DNA from: Macrostomum lignano
Taxonomy: Eukaryota
Length of the DNA: 64,000 bases
Direction: 5' to 3'
Assembly: GCA_002269645.1 (NCBI GenBank)
Contig: NIVC01002534.1
Location: 49,890-113,889, forward strand
The position numbers were made by a program, and so were the translations under genes. Below, piece after piece: positions 50,001 to 61,038 of the stretch. Under the pieces are notes generated by a model. That model had not been told where the DNA came from and made no database searches. It saw only the letters and a list, made by a program, of their open reading frames with translations. How positions within the stretch are numbered: the stretch's first letter is position 1; every line of letters starts with the position of its first letter.

Positions 50001-51348
50001 AATCAATCTTTTGCTAATCCCACCACAGGTTCCAGTGAAAAGAAGAAACGAAACCCATTGACTAAATTGGCAGTCGACTCAATCGATGCCGACTGCAACG
50101 GACCTGTCAGCTTCGAACTCAGGAGAGCAGCTAATAGTCTACGAGAGTAATGCTAGATGCCAGAATGCTTCACAGCATCAAAGTCTTAAGCAGAAGCTTC
50201 AATAAAGGTTAGTTCATGCTGTGGCTGCATTCGTTTTCGTGTCTAGAAGCGTTATAACTTTTTGTACTTTTAACTCTCAGATCGGGTCTTAGCAGATTCT
50301 ATAGCTATGCATGCAAGGGCCCCTCAGAGGAGATGCTTAAACACTGCAGTGCATTTTTCCTAGCAATTATTGGGACACGAAGTGTTGGGCCACTGTGTGT
50401 GTGTGTCTAGTTTTTTCCGCATTTGTTAAGTCACCTAAAGAACTCAATTAATAAAGGGCTCCAGAACAAATTGATGGGCAAACGGATGACACACTGCACA
50501 GAGACTTGTTGGGACATATTAAAAACAGCTTATTTTAGAATGGGTACACTTTACTAAAGTAGAATGCTCCTAAAGAAAGCTGCAAGCAAACTAGCATCTT
50601 CTGGAGCTGACATGCAGAGAAGAATGATTTTGTCGTCCTTGAAATCACTAAACAGATATGCGAAATCAATCTTTTGCTAATCCCACCACAGGTTCCAGTG
50701 AAAAGAAGAAACGAAACCCATTGACTAAATTGGCAGTCGACTCAATCGATGCCGACTGCAACGGACCTGTCAGCTTCGAACTCAGGAGAGCAGCTAATAG
50801 TCTACGACCGTAATGCTGGATGCCAGAGTGCTCTAAATAACGAGACTCCTGTTGTCTCACTCGACCGGAATTTGTTGTTTAATCTGCTTAACTAATCTCT
50901 GCGTTTCAGTTTTTCAGTTTCACTGTCAATTTTAGGTTTTTTTCTAAGCGCAAGTGTAATTGAATTTTTTATTCATATTAGTCAGGCATATTGCGTACAG
51001 CATTATAGCGTATTAGTAAAGGTAAAGGTAAATAGACTGCTTGTAACTAGTTTTCCTTTATGTGGATTGGCTTTAACGAAGCCTTTTGTATTTCAAGTAA
51101 TGCTGAATTCGCTGGACTGAGGACAATATAGTTACACGATGATATGCTATTCCTTCACTTTCAATAGATCATACTATTAGTATGGGACGTGCTTTTTTAT
51201 TTCAATGTATGCTTTTTTTCATCATTTAAATGCTAAAAATACTTAATAGGTCATTGCACTGTGTGTATGTGTGTGTTTTCGTGTGTCAAAAAAAATTGCA
51301 AAATAAGTGCCCACCATTGTATACCGTACCAACAAGTGCCCGGTGCGT

Positions 51349-51379
<31 letters not shown>

Positions 51380-54300
51380 ACTGTGTGTGGCGACCCCAGT
51401 CCTTGGACTGAACAGCCGTACGCAGCCTTCAGATGCGCCGCGCAATAGCTGCGGCTGAGCTGTGGGTTGCATCCTTAGAAATCAAGGCATCCAAGTTTCT
51501 TTTAGTCTTTTAAGCCTCAGTTATTGAGTAGCCAATATTACTAGATATAGAAATTTGGTATACTCGTAAAATGTTTTTTTTCTTTGAAATTCTGTCTGTG
51601 TGTCTGTCTGTCTGCCTGTGCCTGTCCGTCTGTTTTCGAGTCCATGATCAGCTGACCGCCAGCCTAAATTCCAAAACACATTCCAGATACGAGCAGGCCC
51701 GTCTAGCCGTTGAGAATCGCTCCGAACGGATGCAGCAGCTTCAGCAGCAGCTCGACAGCGGCCTGGAGCTTCTCTGCGTCACCGGCGTTGAAGACCGTCT
51801 GCAATCCGGCGTGCGGCCCACCTTGGAGACTCTACGGAATGCCGGCGTGCGCGTCTGGATGCTCACCGGCGACAAGATGGAGACGGCCTGCTGCATCGCC
51901 AAGTCCTCCCGGCTGGTTGACCGGTCCGGCGGCCTCTTCGCTTTCCAGCCGGCTTCCCTGCGCAGCGCCGACTTGGACAAGGAGCTGCGCAACATGGCCA
52001 GGAGGGTTGAGGCCGGCCACAGCGTGGTCATTAGCGGCGAGTGCCTGCAGGTAAGTCCAAGAGCTAATGATCTTGATTGGCTAGTGATCCATTTAGTAGC
52101 TGATAATTCTGATCTCAAAGATAATAATGCCGATCTCCTAACTGGTAATCTCGATCCCGAAGCTGATTATCCCCATCCCCTAGCTGATAATCTGCATCCC
52201 CTAGCTGATAATCCGCATCCCCTAGCTGATAATCCGCATCCCCTAGCTGATAATCCTCATCCCCTTGCTGATAATTCCCATCCCCTTGCTGATAATCCCC
52301 ATCCCCTAGCTGATAATCCCATCCCCTAGCTGATAATCCTCATCCCCTTGCTGATAATTCCCATCCCCTTGCTGATAATCCCCATCCCCTAGCTGATAAT
52401 CCCCATCCCTTGCTGATAATCCCCATCCCCTTGCTGATAATCCCCATCACCTTGCTGATAATCCCCATCCCCTTGCTGATAATCCCCATCCACTTGCTGA
52501 TAATCCCCATCCCCTTGCTGATAATCCCCATCCCCTTGCTGATAATCCTCATCTACTTGCTGATAATCGATAATCCCCATCCCCTAGCTGATAATCCCCA
52601 TCCCCTTGCTGATAATCCCCATCTACTTGCTGATAATCGATAATCCCCATCCCCTAGCTGATAATCTCCATCCCTAGCTGATAATCCCCATTTACTTGCT
52701 GATAATCGATAATCCCCATCCCCTAGCTGATAATCTCCATCCCTAGCTGATAATCCCCATTTACTTGCTGATAATCGATAATCCCCATCCCCTAGCTGAT
52801 AATCCCCATCCCCTAGCTGATAATCCCCATCCCCTTGCTGATAATCCCCATCTACTTGCTGATAATCGATAATCCCCATCCCCTAGCTGATAATCTCCAT
52901 CCCTAGCTGATAATCCCAAGCCCCTAACTGATAATCAGATCCCCTAACTTATCGCCCCTATTGTCTTGATTATAACTGATTCCTTATTCCTTAGCCTATA
53001 TTCACAATTCTTTCACTACAATTCCAGTTTTTATATGTACATAATGATTTTTATAATTTGCGGACAAATTCAGTACACTACAATGTCACTACTTCATCAT
53101 TAATACTCAGTAGCCAGTTTAGAATGGAACAACTAACAGTACGGATATTATTTGCCTCAGGCCGCAGTGGAACAGGATGAGCGCCGTTTTGTTCAGCTGG
53201 CCTGCCAAGCCCCGGCCGTTGTTGTCTGCCGTTGTTCACCAACACAGAAAGCTGAAGTGGTTCGCCTATTGAAGGATCACACCGGTAAACGGTGCGCCGC
53301 GGTTGGCGACGGTGGCAACGATGTCGCCATGATTCAGGAGGCCGACTGCGGTATGGGCATCGCCGGCAAGGAGGGCCTGCAGGCTTCTCTGGCTGCCGAT
53401 TTCAGCATCGCCAGATTTCAGCACGTGACGCGGTTGATGCTGGTTAGTCAGGATACTGTGGGTCGAGTGTATAGATGTCAGGCTATTGGGTGTATAGATG
53501 CCCGGCTATTGTGTGTATAGATGTCAAGCGATTAGGTGTATAGATATCCGGCTATTAGGTGTATAGATGTCAGACTATTGAGTGTATAGATGTCCGGCTA
53601 TTGGGTGTATGGATGTCCGGCTATCGGGTGTATAGCTGTCTAATGGGCGTATAGATGTCAGGCTATTGGGTGTATAGATGTCCGGCTATTGGGTGTATAG
53701 ATGTCCGACTTTTGTGTGTATAGATGCCCGGCTATTGTGTGTATGGATGTCAAGCGATTGGGTGTATACCCGGTAGATGTCCGGCTATTGGGTGTATAGA
53801 TGTGTCAGGCTATTGGGTGTATAGATGTCTATTGAGCGTATAGATGTCAGGCTATTGGGTGTATAGATGTCGGGTGTAGACATCCAATCCAAATAGAGGT
53901 GATTGCGCATCCCTCAATCGCGCAGGTTCACGGTCGCCGCTGCTACAAGAACACATCGGTGCTGGCCCAGTTCATCGTGCACCGCGGCCTGATCATCTCT
54001 ACAATGCAGGCAGCCTTCTCGGCCGTGTTTTTCTACGTAGCCATCAGCCTGTTTCCCGGCATTCTCATGATCGGCTACGCCACCATATTCACCATGTTTC
54101 CCGTGTTCTCTCTGGTGCTGGACAAAGACGTGGCCAGCGCCACAGCGGAGAAATTTCCCGAGTTATACAGAGACCTGTTGAAAGGCCGGGAATTGTCAGC
54201 TAAACTGCTGTGCATCTGGGTGGCCATCTCTATCTATCAGGGCGGCGTTATCATGTACGGATCTATCTGGCTGTTTCAAGGCTCATTTCTGCACATTGTC

Positions 54301-54975
54301 AGCATTGGCTTCACGGCTCTGGTGTTCACCGAGCTGATTATGGTGGCTCTGACTGTGCGCACCTGGTGTTGGCAGATTATTGTTGCCGAGTTGGTTAGCT
54401 TGTGCTCATACTTGGCTGCCGTGTTTATTCTCACACAGTACTTTGGTGAGTCCTGTTTGCTTCATCAGGGTATGGAAGCTGATCTAGAAAAGTACGGAAT
54501 CTAGAGGTGTATGGAAGCTAATCTAAAAAGATATGGAAGCTGATCTAGAGGGGTATGGAAGCTGATCTAGAGCGGTATGGAAGCTGATCTAGAGCGGTAT
54601 GGAAGCTGATCTAGAGCGGTATGGAAGCTGATCTATAGCGGTATGGAAGCTGATCTAGAGCGGTATGGAAGCTGATCTAGAGCGGTATGGAAGCTGATCT
54701 AGAGCGGTATGGAAGCTGATCTAGAGCGGTATGGAAGCTGATCTAGAATAGTTTGAAATCTTGAGTAATATTTTTACCAGAAAAATTTCGAAGCCTGTAT
54801 AAAATGCGGCCACTCATGGATTATAAAAATGTTTTTAGATCGAGCCTTCATCCTGACGCTGAACTTCCTATGGAAAGTGTCGGCCATCACAGCAGTCAGC
54901 TCCATTCCCATTGTGGCGCTGAAACTCATTCGCTATTTGATGAGTCCGCCAATTGCCAGGAAACTGCAGGCGTAA
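40163..54975 (+). CDS. ATP9: P4-type phospholipid-transporting ATPase, class II (ATP9A/ATP9B/Neo1/TAT-5-like), 9 exons, 1103 aa
   Basis: Exons 40163-40374, 42839-43241, 43803-44392, 44692-44857, 46131-46768, 51687-52050, 53161-53442, 53926-54445, 54839-54975 sum to 3312 nt, in frame. Motifs [86 protein letters not shown] and [11 protein letters not shown], and an ATP9-type C-terminus [12 protein letters not shown]. The start codon could also be 40184 or 40223. Confidence 0.95.
43300..43750. repeat. ~24-bp minisatellite (GGGTGGCAGCTGAAGGATCGGGGA) filling ATP9 intron 2
   Basis: Reverse complement of the 11424-11925 array. Confidence 0.95.
44945..46085. repeat. 21-bp minisatellite (GGGATTGTCAGTTAGGGAATC), about 54 copies, ATP9 intron 4
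   Basis: 7-aa periodic ORFs (SVRESGL/LTDNPDS); most units contain TTAGGG. Confidence 0.97.
47077..51347. mobile_element. Non-autonomous TIR DNA transposon (CAC-ended, CMC/CACTA-like) inserted in the (TG)n run of a SINE
   Basis: CGCACGGGGCATTTGTTGG (47077-47095) versus CCAACAAGTGCCCGGTGCG (51329-51347): 17/19 inverted match. This can be read as CAC..GTG termini with a CG 2-bp TSD. Many TGTTGGGNC/TGTTAGGAC subterminal motifs; no transposase ORF seen. Confidence 0.65.
48265..50830. repeat. ~663-bp tandem repeat, about 3.8 near-identical copies, inside the TIR element
   Basis: The anchor GTACTTTTAACTCTCAGAT recurs at 48276, 48940, 49601 and 50264. Confidence 0.95.
52165..52945. repeat. 21-22-bp minisatellite (CTGATAATCCCCATCCCCTAG), ATP9 intron 6
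   Basis: Directly visible. Confidence 0.95.
53455..53880. repeat. ~22-bp minisatellite (GTGTATAGATGTCCGGCTATTGG), ATP9 intron 7
   Basis: Directly visible; fills about 90% of the intron. Confidence 0.92.
54467..54748. repeat. 22-bp minisatellite (ATGGAAGCTGATCTAGAGCGGT), ATP9 intron 8
   Basis: Directly visible. Confidence 0.95.
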
Positions 54976-55129
54976 TTATTTTGTTAACTATTTTAACTTT
55001 TGCTTTTAGAACTTTATTGTGTGGTTGCTATTTATAGTATCACTATATGTTCGACAGGTTAAAACTAACACATCTAATTCTATTTACATAGTAAGTCATT
55101 AAACTTCTCTGCACCCGAATAGAGCTGAT

Positions 55130-55508
55130 TATGCTGAGCTGCGGTAGAAAACACAGGGAGGGGGGTTGCGGCCCCCACTATGCCAGCTGAGCTGCGGTAG
55201 GAAACACAGGGAGGGGGGTTGCGGCCCCCACTATGCCAGCTGAGCTGCGGTAGAAAACACAGGGAGGGGGGTTGCGGCCCCCCACTATGCCAGCTGAGCT
55301 GCGGTAGAAAACACAGGGAGGGGGGTTGCGGCCCCCCACTGTGCCAGCTGAGCTGCGGTAGAAAACACAGGGAGGGGGGTTGCGGCCCCCACTGTGCCAG
55401 CTGAGCTGCGGTAGAAAACACTGGGAGGGGGTTGCGGCCCCCCCACTGTGCCAGCTGAGCTGCGGTAGAAAACACAGGGAGGGGGTTGCGGCCCCCCACT
55501 GTGCCAGC
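55130..55508. repeat. ~55-bp minisatellite (CTGAGCTGCGGTAGAAAACACAGGGAGGGGGTTGCGGCCCCCACTATGCCAG), about 7 copies
   Basis: Directly visible downstream of the ATP9 stop. Confidence 0.92.
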
Positions 55509-56344
55509 AATGCACACAAGGAAAAATTCTGTTCGGGTGCAGCAGCAGAGAAGAGTAGACTTCTACTATCAGCATATTTATCTAACATATTGTTTTGTAG
55601 TGATTCTAACTTAAATCCACTCTAATCATAACCTTTATTTATAAGCCAAATTAACACGCCTAACATTGCAGCTCGGTTGGAACAACAGCCGTCTCGTCAA
55701 TATTTACAGTGTGATATGAATAACTAACCTGTCCGCACCTGGGAACAGCCTTGAATATCGGATCTATCCTTTTATAACAACGCTTAATCCCAGTAACCTA
55801 ACAGAGCTTTTCTAACTGGGGATTTGACTCAAAATTGTTGCGTCTTTCGTCAGTTTAAACGGAAGCTGTTTTGCCTGCGGTCACCCATTTTGTTTTCATG
55901 TTTTTGTTTTAACCTGGTTTTTTGCGTTTCAACGAAAACTGACCAATTAAATTTTCAAGAATAGAAACTTATCAAAATCATTCCATTAAAATTGATGTCT
56001 ATTTTCATTTTTTTATTTACACTATGGACAAAAACTAAGTTTGGAGTTCCATCTCGTTTTATTTTTCATGCATATTTGTTTGCCTCTTTACCCCGTCTCT
56101 CTTACCTACTGGCTATTAACTGTCTATTGTTATTCAGCTGTGTCTGTATATTCAATTAGTATTGCTTGTTACCTTTGACGTGTTAAACAGTTGGAAATAT
56201 ATACTACATCAGTTTTTTGAGGTAGACTTTTTGTTGAGCAGATGGTCTGTTTGTTGTGCTTTGCTTAGTTGGTAGCACTTGTAAATCTGCTAAACTGCCA
56301 TTTCATTCCTCATCAATCTTCGTGGGAAAGTCGCTCTCGACATC

Positions 56345-58700
56345 CTGAGAATCGCTTCATCGTCCTGAGATTCGCTCCATCACCACCCTGATATTCGCCC
56401 CATCTGCGTCCCGAGATTCGCCCTATCAGAATCGTGAGATCCGCCCTATCACCACCCTGAGATTCGCCCTATCACAATCGTGAGATTCACCCCACCACCA
56501 CCCTGAGATTCGCTCCATCACCGCCCTGAGATTCGCCCCATCATCATCGTGAGATTCGCTCCATTATCACCCTGAGATTCGCCCCATCATCATCGTGAGA
56601 TTCACTCCATCACCACCCTGAGATTTGCTCAATCACCGCCCTGAGATTCACTCCATTATCACCCTGAGATTCGCCCCATCATCATCGTGAGATTCACTCC
56701 ATCACCACCCTGAGATTCGCTCCATCACCGCCCTGAGATTCGCTCCATCACCACCCTGAGATTCGCTCTATCACCGCCCTGAGATTCGCCCCATCATCAT
56801 CGTGAGATTCGCTCCATTATCACCCTGAGATTCGCCCCATCATCATCGTGAGATTCACTCCATTATCACCCTGAGCTTCGCCCCATCATAATCGTGAGAT
56901 TCGCTCCATTATCACCCTGAGCTTCGCCCCATCATCATCGTGAGATTCGCTCCATTATCACACTGAGCTTCGCCCCATCATCATCGTAAGATTCGCTCCA
57001 TTATCACCCTGAGCTTCGCCCCATCATCATCGTGAGATTCGCTCCATTATCACCCTGAGCTTCGCCCCATCATCATCGTGAGATTCGCTCCATTATCACC
57101 CTGAGATTCGCCCCATCATCATCGTGAGATTCGCTCCATTATCACCCTGAGCTTCGCCCTATCATCATCGTGAGATTCGCTCCATTATCACCCTGAGATT
57201 CGCCCCATCATCATCGTGAGATTCGCTCCATTATCACCCTGACCTTCGCCCCATCATCATCGTAAGATTCGCTCCATTATCACCCTGAGATTCGCCCCAT
57301 CATCATCGTGAGATTCGCTCCATTATCACCCTGAGATTCACTCCATCACCACCCTGAGATTTGCTCCATCACCGCCATGAGATTCGCTCCATTATCACCC
57401 TGAGATTCGCCCCATCATCATCGTGAGATTCACTCCATCACCACCCTGAGATTTGCTCCATCACCGTCCTGAGATTCGCTCCATCACCACCCTGAGATTC
57501 GCTCCATCACCGCCCTGAGATTCGCCCCATCATCATCGTGATATTCGCTCCATTATCACCCTGAGATTCGCCCCATCATCATCGTGAGATTCGCTCCATT
57601 ATCACCCTGAGCTTCGCCCCATCATCATCGTGAGATTCGCTCCATTATCACCCTGAGATTCGCCCCATCATCATCGTGAGATTCGCTCTATTATCACCCT
57701 GAGCTTCGCCCCATCATCATCGTGAGATTCGCTCCATTATCACCCTGAGCTTCGCCCCATCATCATCGTGAAATTCGCTCCATTAGCACCCTGAGCTTCG
57801 CCCCATCATCATCGTGAGATTCGCTCCATTATCACCCTGAGCTTCGCCCCATCATCATCGTGAGATTCGCTCCATTATCACCCTGAGCTTCGCCCCATCA
57901 TCATCGTGAGATTCGCTCCATTATCACCCTGAGCTTCGCCCCATCATCATCGTGAGATTCGCTCCATTATCACCCTGAGATTCACTCCATCACCACCCTG
58001 AGATTTGCTCCATCACCGCCATGAGATTCGCTCCATTATCATCGTGAGATTCGCTCCATTATCACCCTGAGCTTCGCCCCATCATCATCGTGAGATTCGC
58101 TCCATTATCACCCTGAGCTTCGCCCATCATCATCGTGAGATTCGCTCCATTATCACCCTGAGCTTCGCCCCATCATCATCGTGAGATTCGCTTCATTATC
58201 ACCCTGAGATTCGCCCCATCATCATCGTGAGATTCGCTCCATTATCACCCTGAGCTTCGCCCCATCATCATCGTGAGATTCGCTCCATTATCACCCTGAG
58301 CTTCGCCCCATCATCATCGTGAGATTCGCTCCATTATCACCCTGAGATTCACTCCATCACCACCCTGAGATTTGCTCCATCACCGCCATGAGATTCGCTC
58401 CATTATCATCGTGAGATTCGCTCCATTATCACCCTGAGCTTCGCCCCATCATCATCGTGAGATTCGCTCCATTATCACCCTGAGCTTCGCCCCATCATCA
58501 TCGTGAGATTCGCTCCATTATCACCCTGAGCTTCGCCCCATCATCATCGTGAGATTCGCTTCATTATCACCCTGAGATTCGCCCCATCATCATCGTGAGA
58601 TTCGCTCCATTATCACCCTGAGCTTCGCCCCATCATCATCGTGAGATTCGCTCCATTATCACCCTGAGATTCGCCCCATCACCACCCTGAGAATCGCACA
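56345..58700. repeat. 23-bp minisatellite with 46-bp higher-order dimer (ATCATCATCGTGAGATTCGCTCC + ATTATCACCCTGAGCTTCGCCCC), 2.35 kb
   Basis: Two alternating 23-bp variants visible; ends about 80 bp before the RPL10 acceptor. Confidence 0.95.
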
Positions 58701-58795
58701 AGGCACTTTATCTCTATAAATCTGGCTCAAAAACTGTCTGATGGCTAACCCAGTTGATTCTCCTTATCGCTCAACTTGCAGCTCCATCGCTCAGA

Positions 58796-60057
58796 ATGGG
58801 TCGCCGCCCCGCCCGCTGCTACCGCTACTGCAAGAACAAGCCGTACCCCAAGTCGCGCTTCTGCCGCGGCGTCCCCGATCCCAAGATTCGAATCTACGAT
58901 CTGGGCAAGAAGAAGGCCCGAGTGGACGACTTCCCGCAGTGCGTCCACATGATCTCGGACGAGTATGAGCAGCTGTCCGCAGAGGCTCTGGAAGCTGCCC
59001 GCATCGCCGCCAACAAGTACCTGGTGAAGAGCTGCGGCAAGGACTCCTTCCACCTGCGAGTCCGGCTGCACCCGTTCCACGTGACCCGCATCAACAAGAT
59101 GTTGTCCTGCGCCGGCGCCGATCGACTGCAGACTGGCATGCGCGGCGCCTTTGGCAAGCCGAACGGCCTGGTGGCCCGCGTCAACATCGGCCAGGTTTGT
59201 CAGCTGTACTACAGCCCTGGGAATTCCCCTGTAACTGCACTACAGCCCTGGGAATTCCCCTGTAACTGCACTACAGCCTCTGGGAATTCCCCTGTAACTG
59301 CACTACAGCCCTGGGAATTACCCTGTAACTGCACTACAGCCCTGGGAATTCCCCTGTATCTGCACTACAGCCTCTGGGAGTTCCCCTGTAACTGCACTAC
59401 AGCCTCTGAGAATTCCCCTGTAACTGCACTACAGCCTCTGGGAATTCCCCTGTAACTGCACTACAGCCTCTGGGAATTCCCCTGTAACTGCACTACAGCC
59501 CTGGGAATTCCCCTGTAACTGCACTACAGCCTCTGGGAATTCCCCTGTAACTGCACTACAGCCCCTGCGAATCCCTCGTGGCTGGGAATCCCCTCATAAC
59601 TGCCTTGGGAATCCCCTCATAACTGCCTTGGGAATCCCCTCATAACTGCCTTGGGAATCCCCTCATAACTGCCTTGGGAATCTCCTCATAACTGCCTTGG
59701 GAATCCCCGCTTATAAGCCGGTAGTCTGATGATAACTGGCTTTGCCAATCCTTGTCATAACTGACAACTAGCGAATGGAATTGCCCGCCCCAGGTGATCA
59801 TGTCGGTGCGCGGCAAGGAAAACAACGTGAACTCCATGGTGGAGGCTTTCCGCCGATCCAAGATGAAGTTCCCCGGCAGGCAGAAGATCGCCGTCAGCCG
59901 TCGCTGGGGCTTCACGAAGTGGGACAGAGCCGACTACGAGCGGATGCGCGCCGAGGGCCGCCTGCAGCCTGACGGCGTCGGCTGCAAGTACCTGCCGGAG
60001 CACGGGCCGCTGGACAACTGGAAGCAGGTGCAGGCCGCTATGCGCATGGCCAGCTAG
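58796..60057 (+). CDS. RPL10: 60S ribosomal protein L10 (uL16), 2 coding exons, 220 aa
   Basis: Exons 58796-59194 and 59794-60057. [37 protein letters not shown]...[25 protein letters not shown]...[16 protein letters not shown]. Confidence 0.98.
59205..59708. repeat. Two adjacent minisatellites (~32-bp CTGGGAATTCCCCTGTAACTGCACTACAGCC and 23-bp GGGAATCCCCTCATAACTGCCTT) in the RPL10 intron
   Basis: Directly visible. Confidence 0.93.
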
Positions 60058-60317
60058 GCCTGCATCCAATAACTGTCTGAGATAACAGGACAACTGTCGG
60101 AGCCGTTGTGCAAAAGTGCGCTATGAACTTTTGAAAAGAAATATACCAAGTCTTTATGATAAGTCGTTTTTGGCGTGTCTTTAGTTTTGCGCTATTGACT
60201 GATGGAGAGAAAATCTGGTGACGGCGGTTTAGAAGCCTCTTGTACATTTTTTTACTTCTATAAGCCTTATAAAGCCTGTGGATCTGGAGAGGGCGGCAGG
60301 GGGCCAACAGCCGAGAG

Positions 60318-60612
60318 GCTGGCCCAGCAACTGGGGATCTGGAAGGCTGGCCCAGCGACTGAGATCTGGGAGGCTGGCCCAGCAACTGGGGATCTGGAAG
60401 GCTAGCCCAGCAACTGGGGATCTGGAAGGCTGGCCAGCGACAGATCTGGGAGGCTGGCCCAGCAACTGGGATCTGGAAGGCTGGCCCAGCAACTGGGGAT
60501 CTGGGAGGCTGGCCCAGCAACTGAGGATCTGAGAGGCTGGCCCAGCAACTGGGGATCTGGAAGGCTGGCCCAGCAACTGGGGATCTGGGAGGCTGGCCCA
60601 GCAACTGGGATC
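60318..60612. repeat. ~29-bp minisatellite (GGCTGGCCCAGCAACTGGGGATCTGGAA), about 10 copies
   Basis: Directly visible 3' of RPL10. Confidence 0.92.
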
Positions 60613-61038
60613 TGTGAGGGATCAACTGAGGATTGAGCAACTGCAGTTCCAGGTCCGGATCAGTTTGTTTCGGATTACCTGCCTGAAAGGCGCGAGCGTA
60701 CGCTTAGTGTTCAGCATAGTTGAGCATAAGCTACTTTTTTTGAGCAGCACTGGATAGTTCTTACCAATTCAATAAGCTGAGTACTCTGTAATTTGATGCA
60801 TTCTACTTGGGATGAACATAGTACTGGAAATCTTCTATCCCTGTGCTGATACGTAGACTGCTCATTGGTCATGGTTTGAACTCAGTGGGCTTGCAGCAGT
60901 ATTTCTATGTTCTATTTATCATTTGGTTGCCAAGGCGCTACCTCACAGGGGAGGCTTAGCTAAAAATATTTGAAATCGCTCTGCTTCAAGGCAGCTCTGA
61001 AACGGCATCTAATTTTTTGCTGACAATTCAAGCAAGCC

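Larger units (their letters stand above)
46876..51472 (+). mobile_element. CORE-SINE family A copy split in two (46876-~47033 and ~51379-51472) by a nested insertion
   Basis: The 5' half (tRNA head plus CORE) ends in (TG)n. The 3' half (GGCGACCCCAGTCCTTGGACTGAACAGCC...) resumes after a second (TG)n 4.3 kb downstream, colinear with the intact copy at 3392. Confidence 0.85.

Noticed and set aside
59720-59770. C/D snoRNA in the RPL10 intron (TGATGA...CTGA)
   Set aside because: The boxes are only about 35 nt apart, too short, with no terminal stem.
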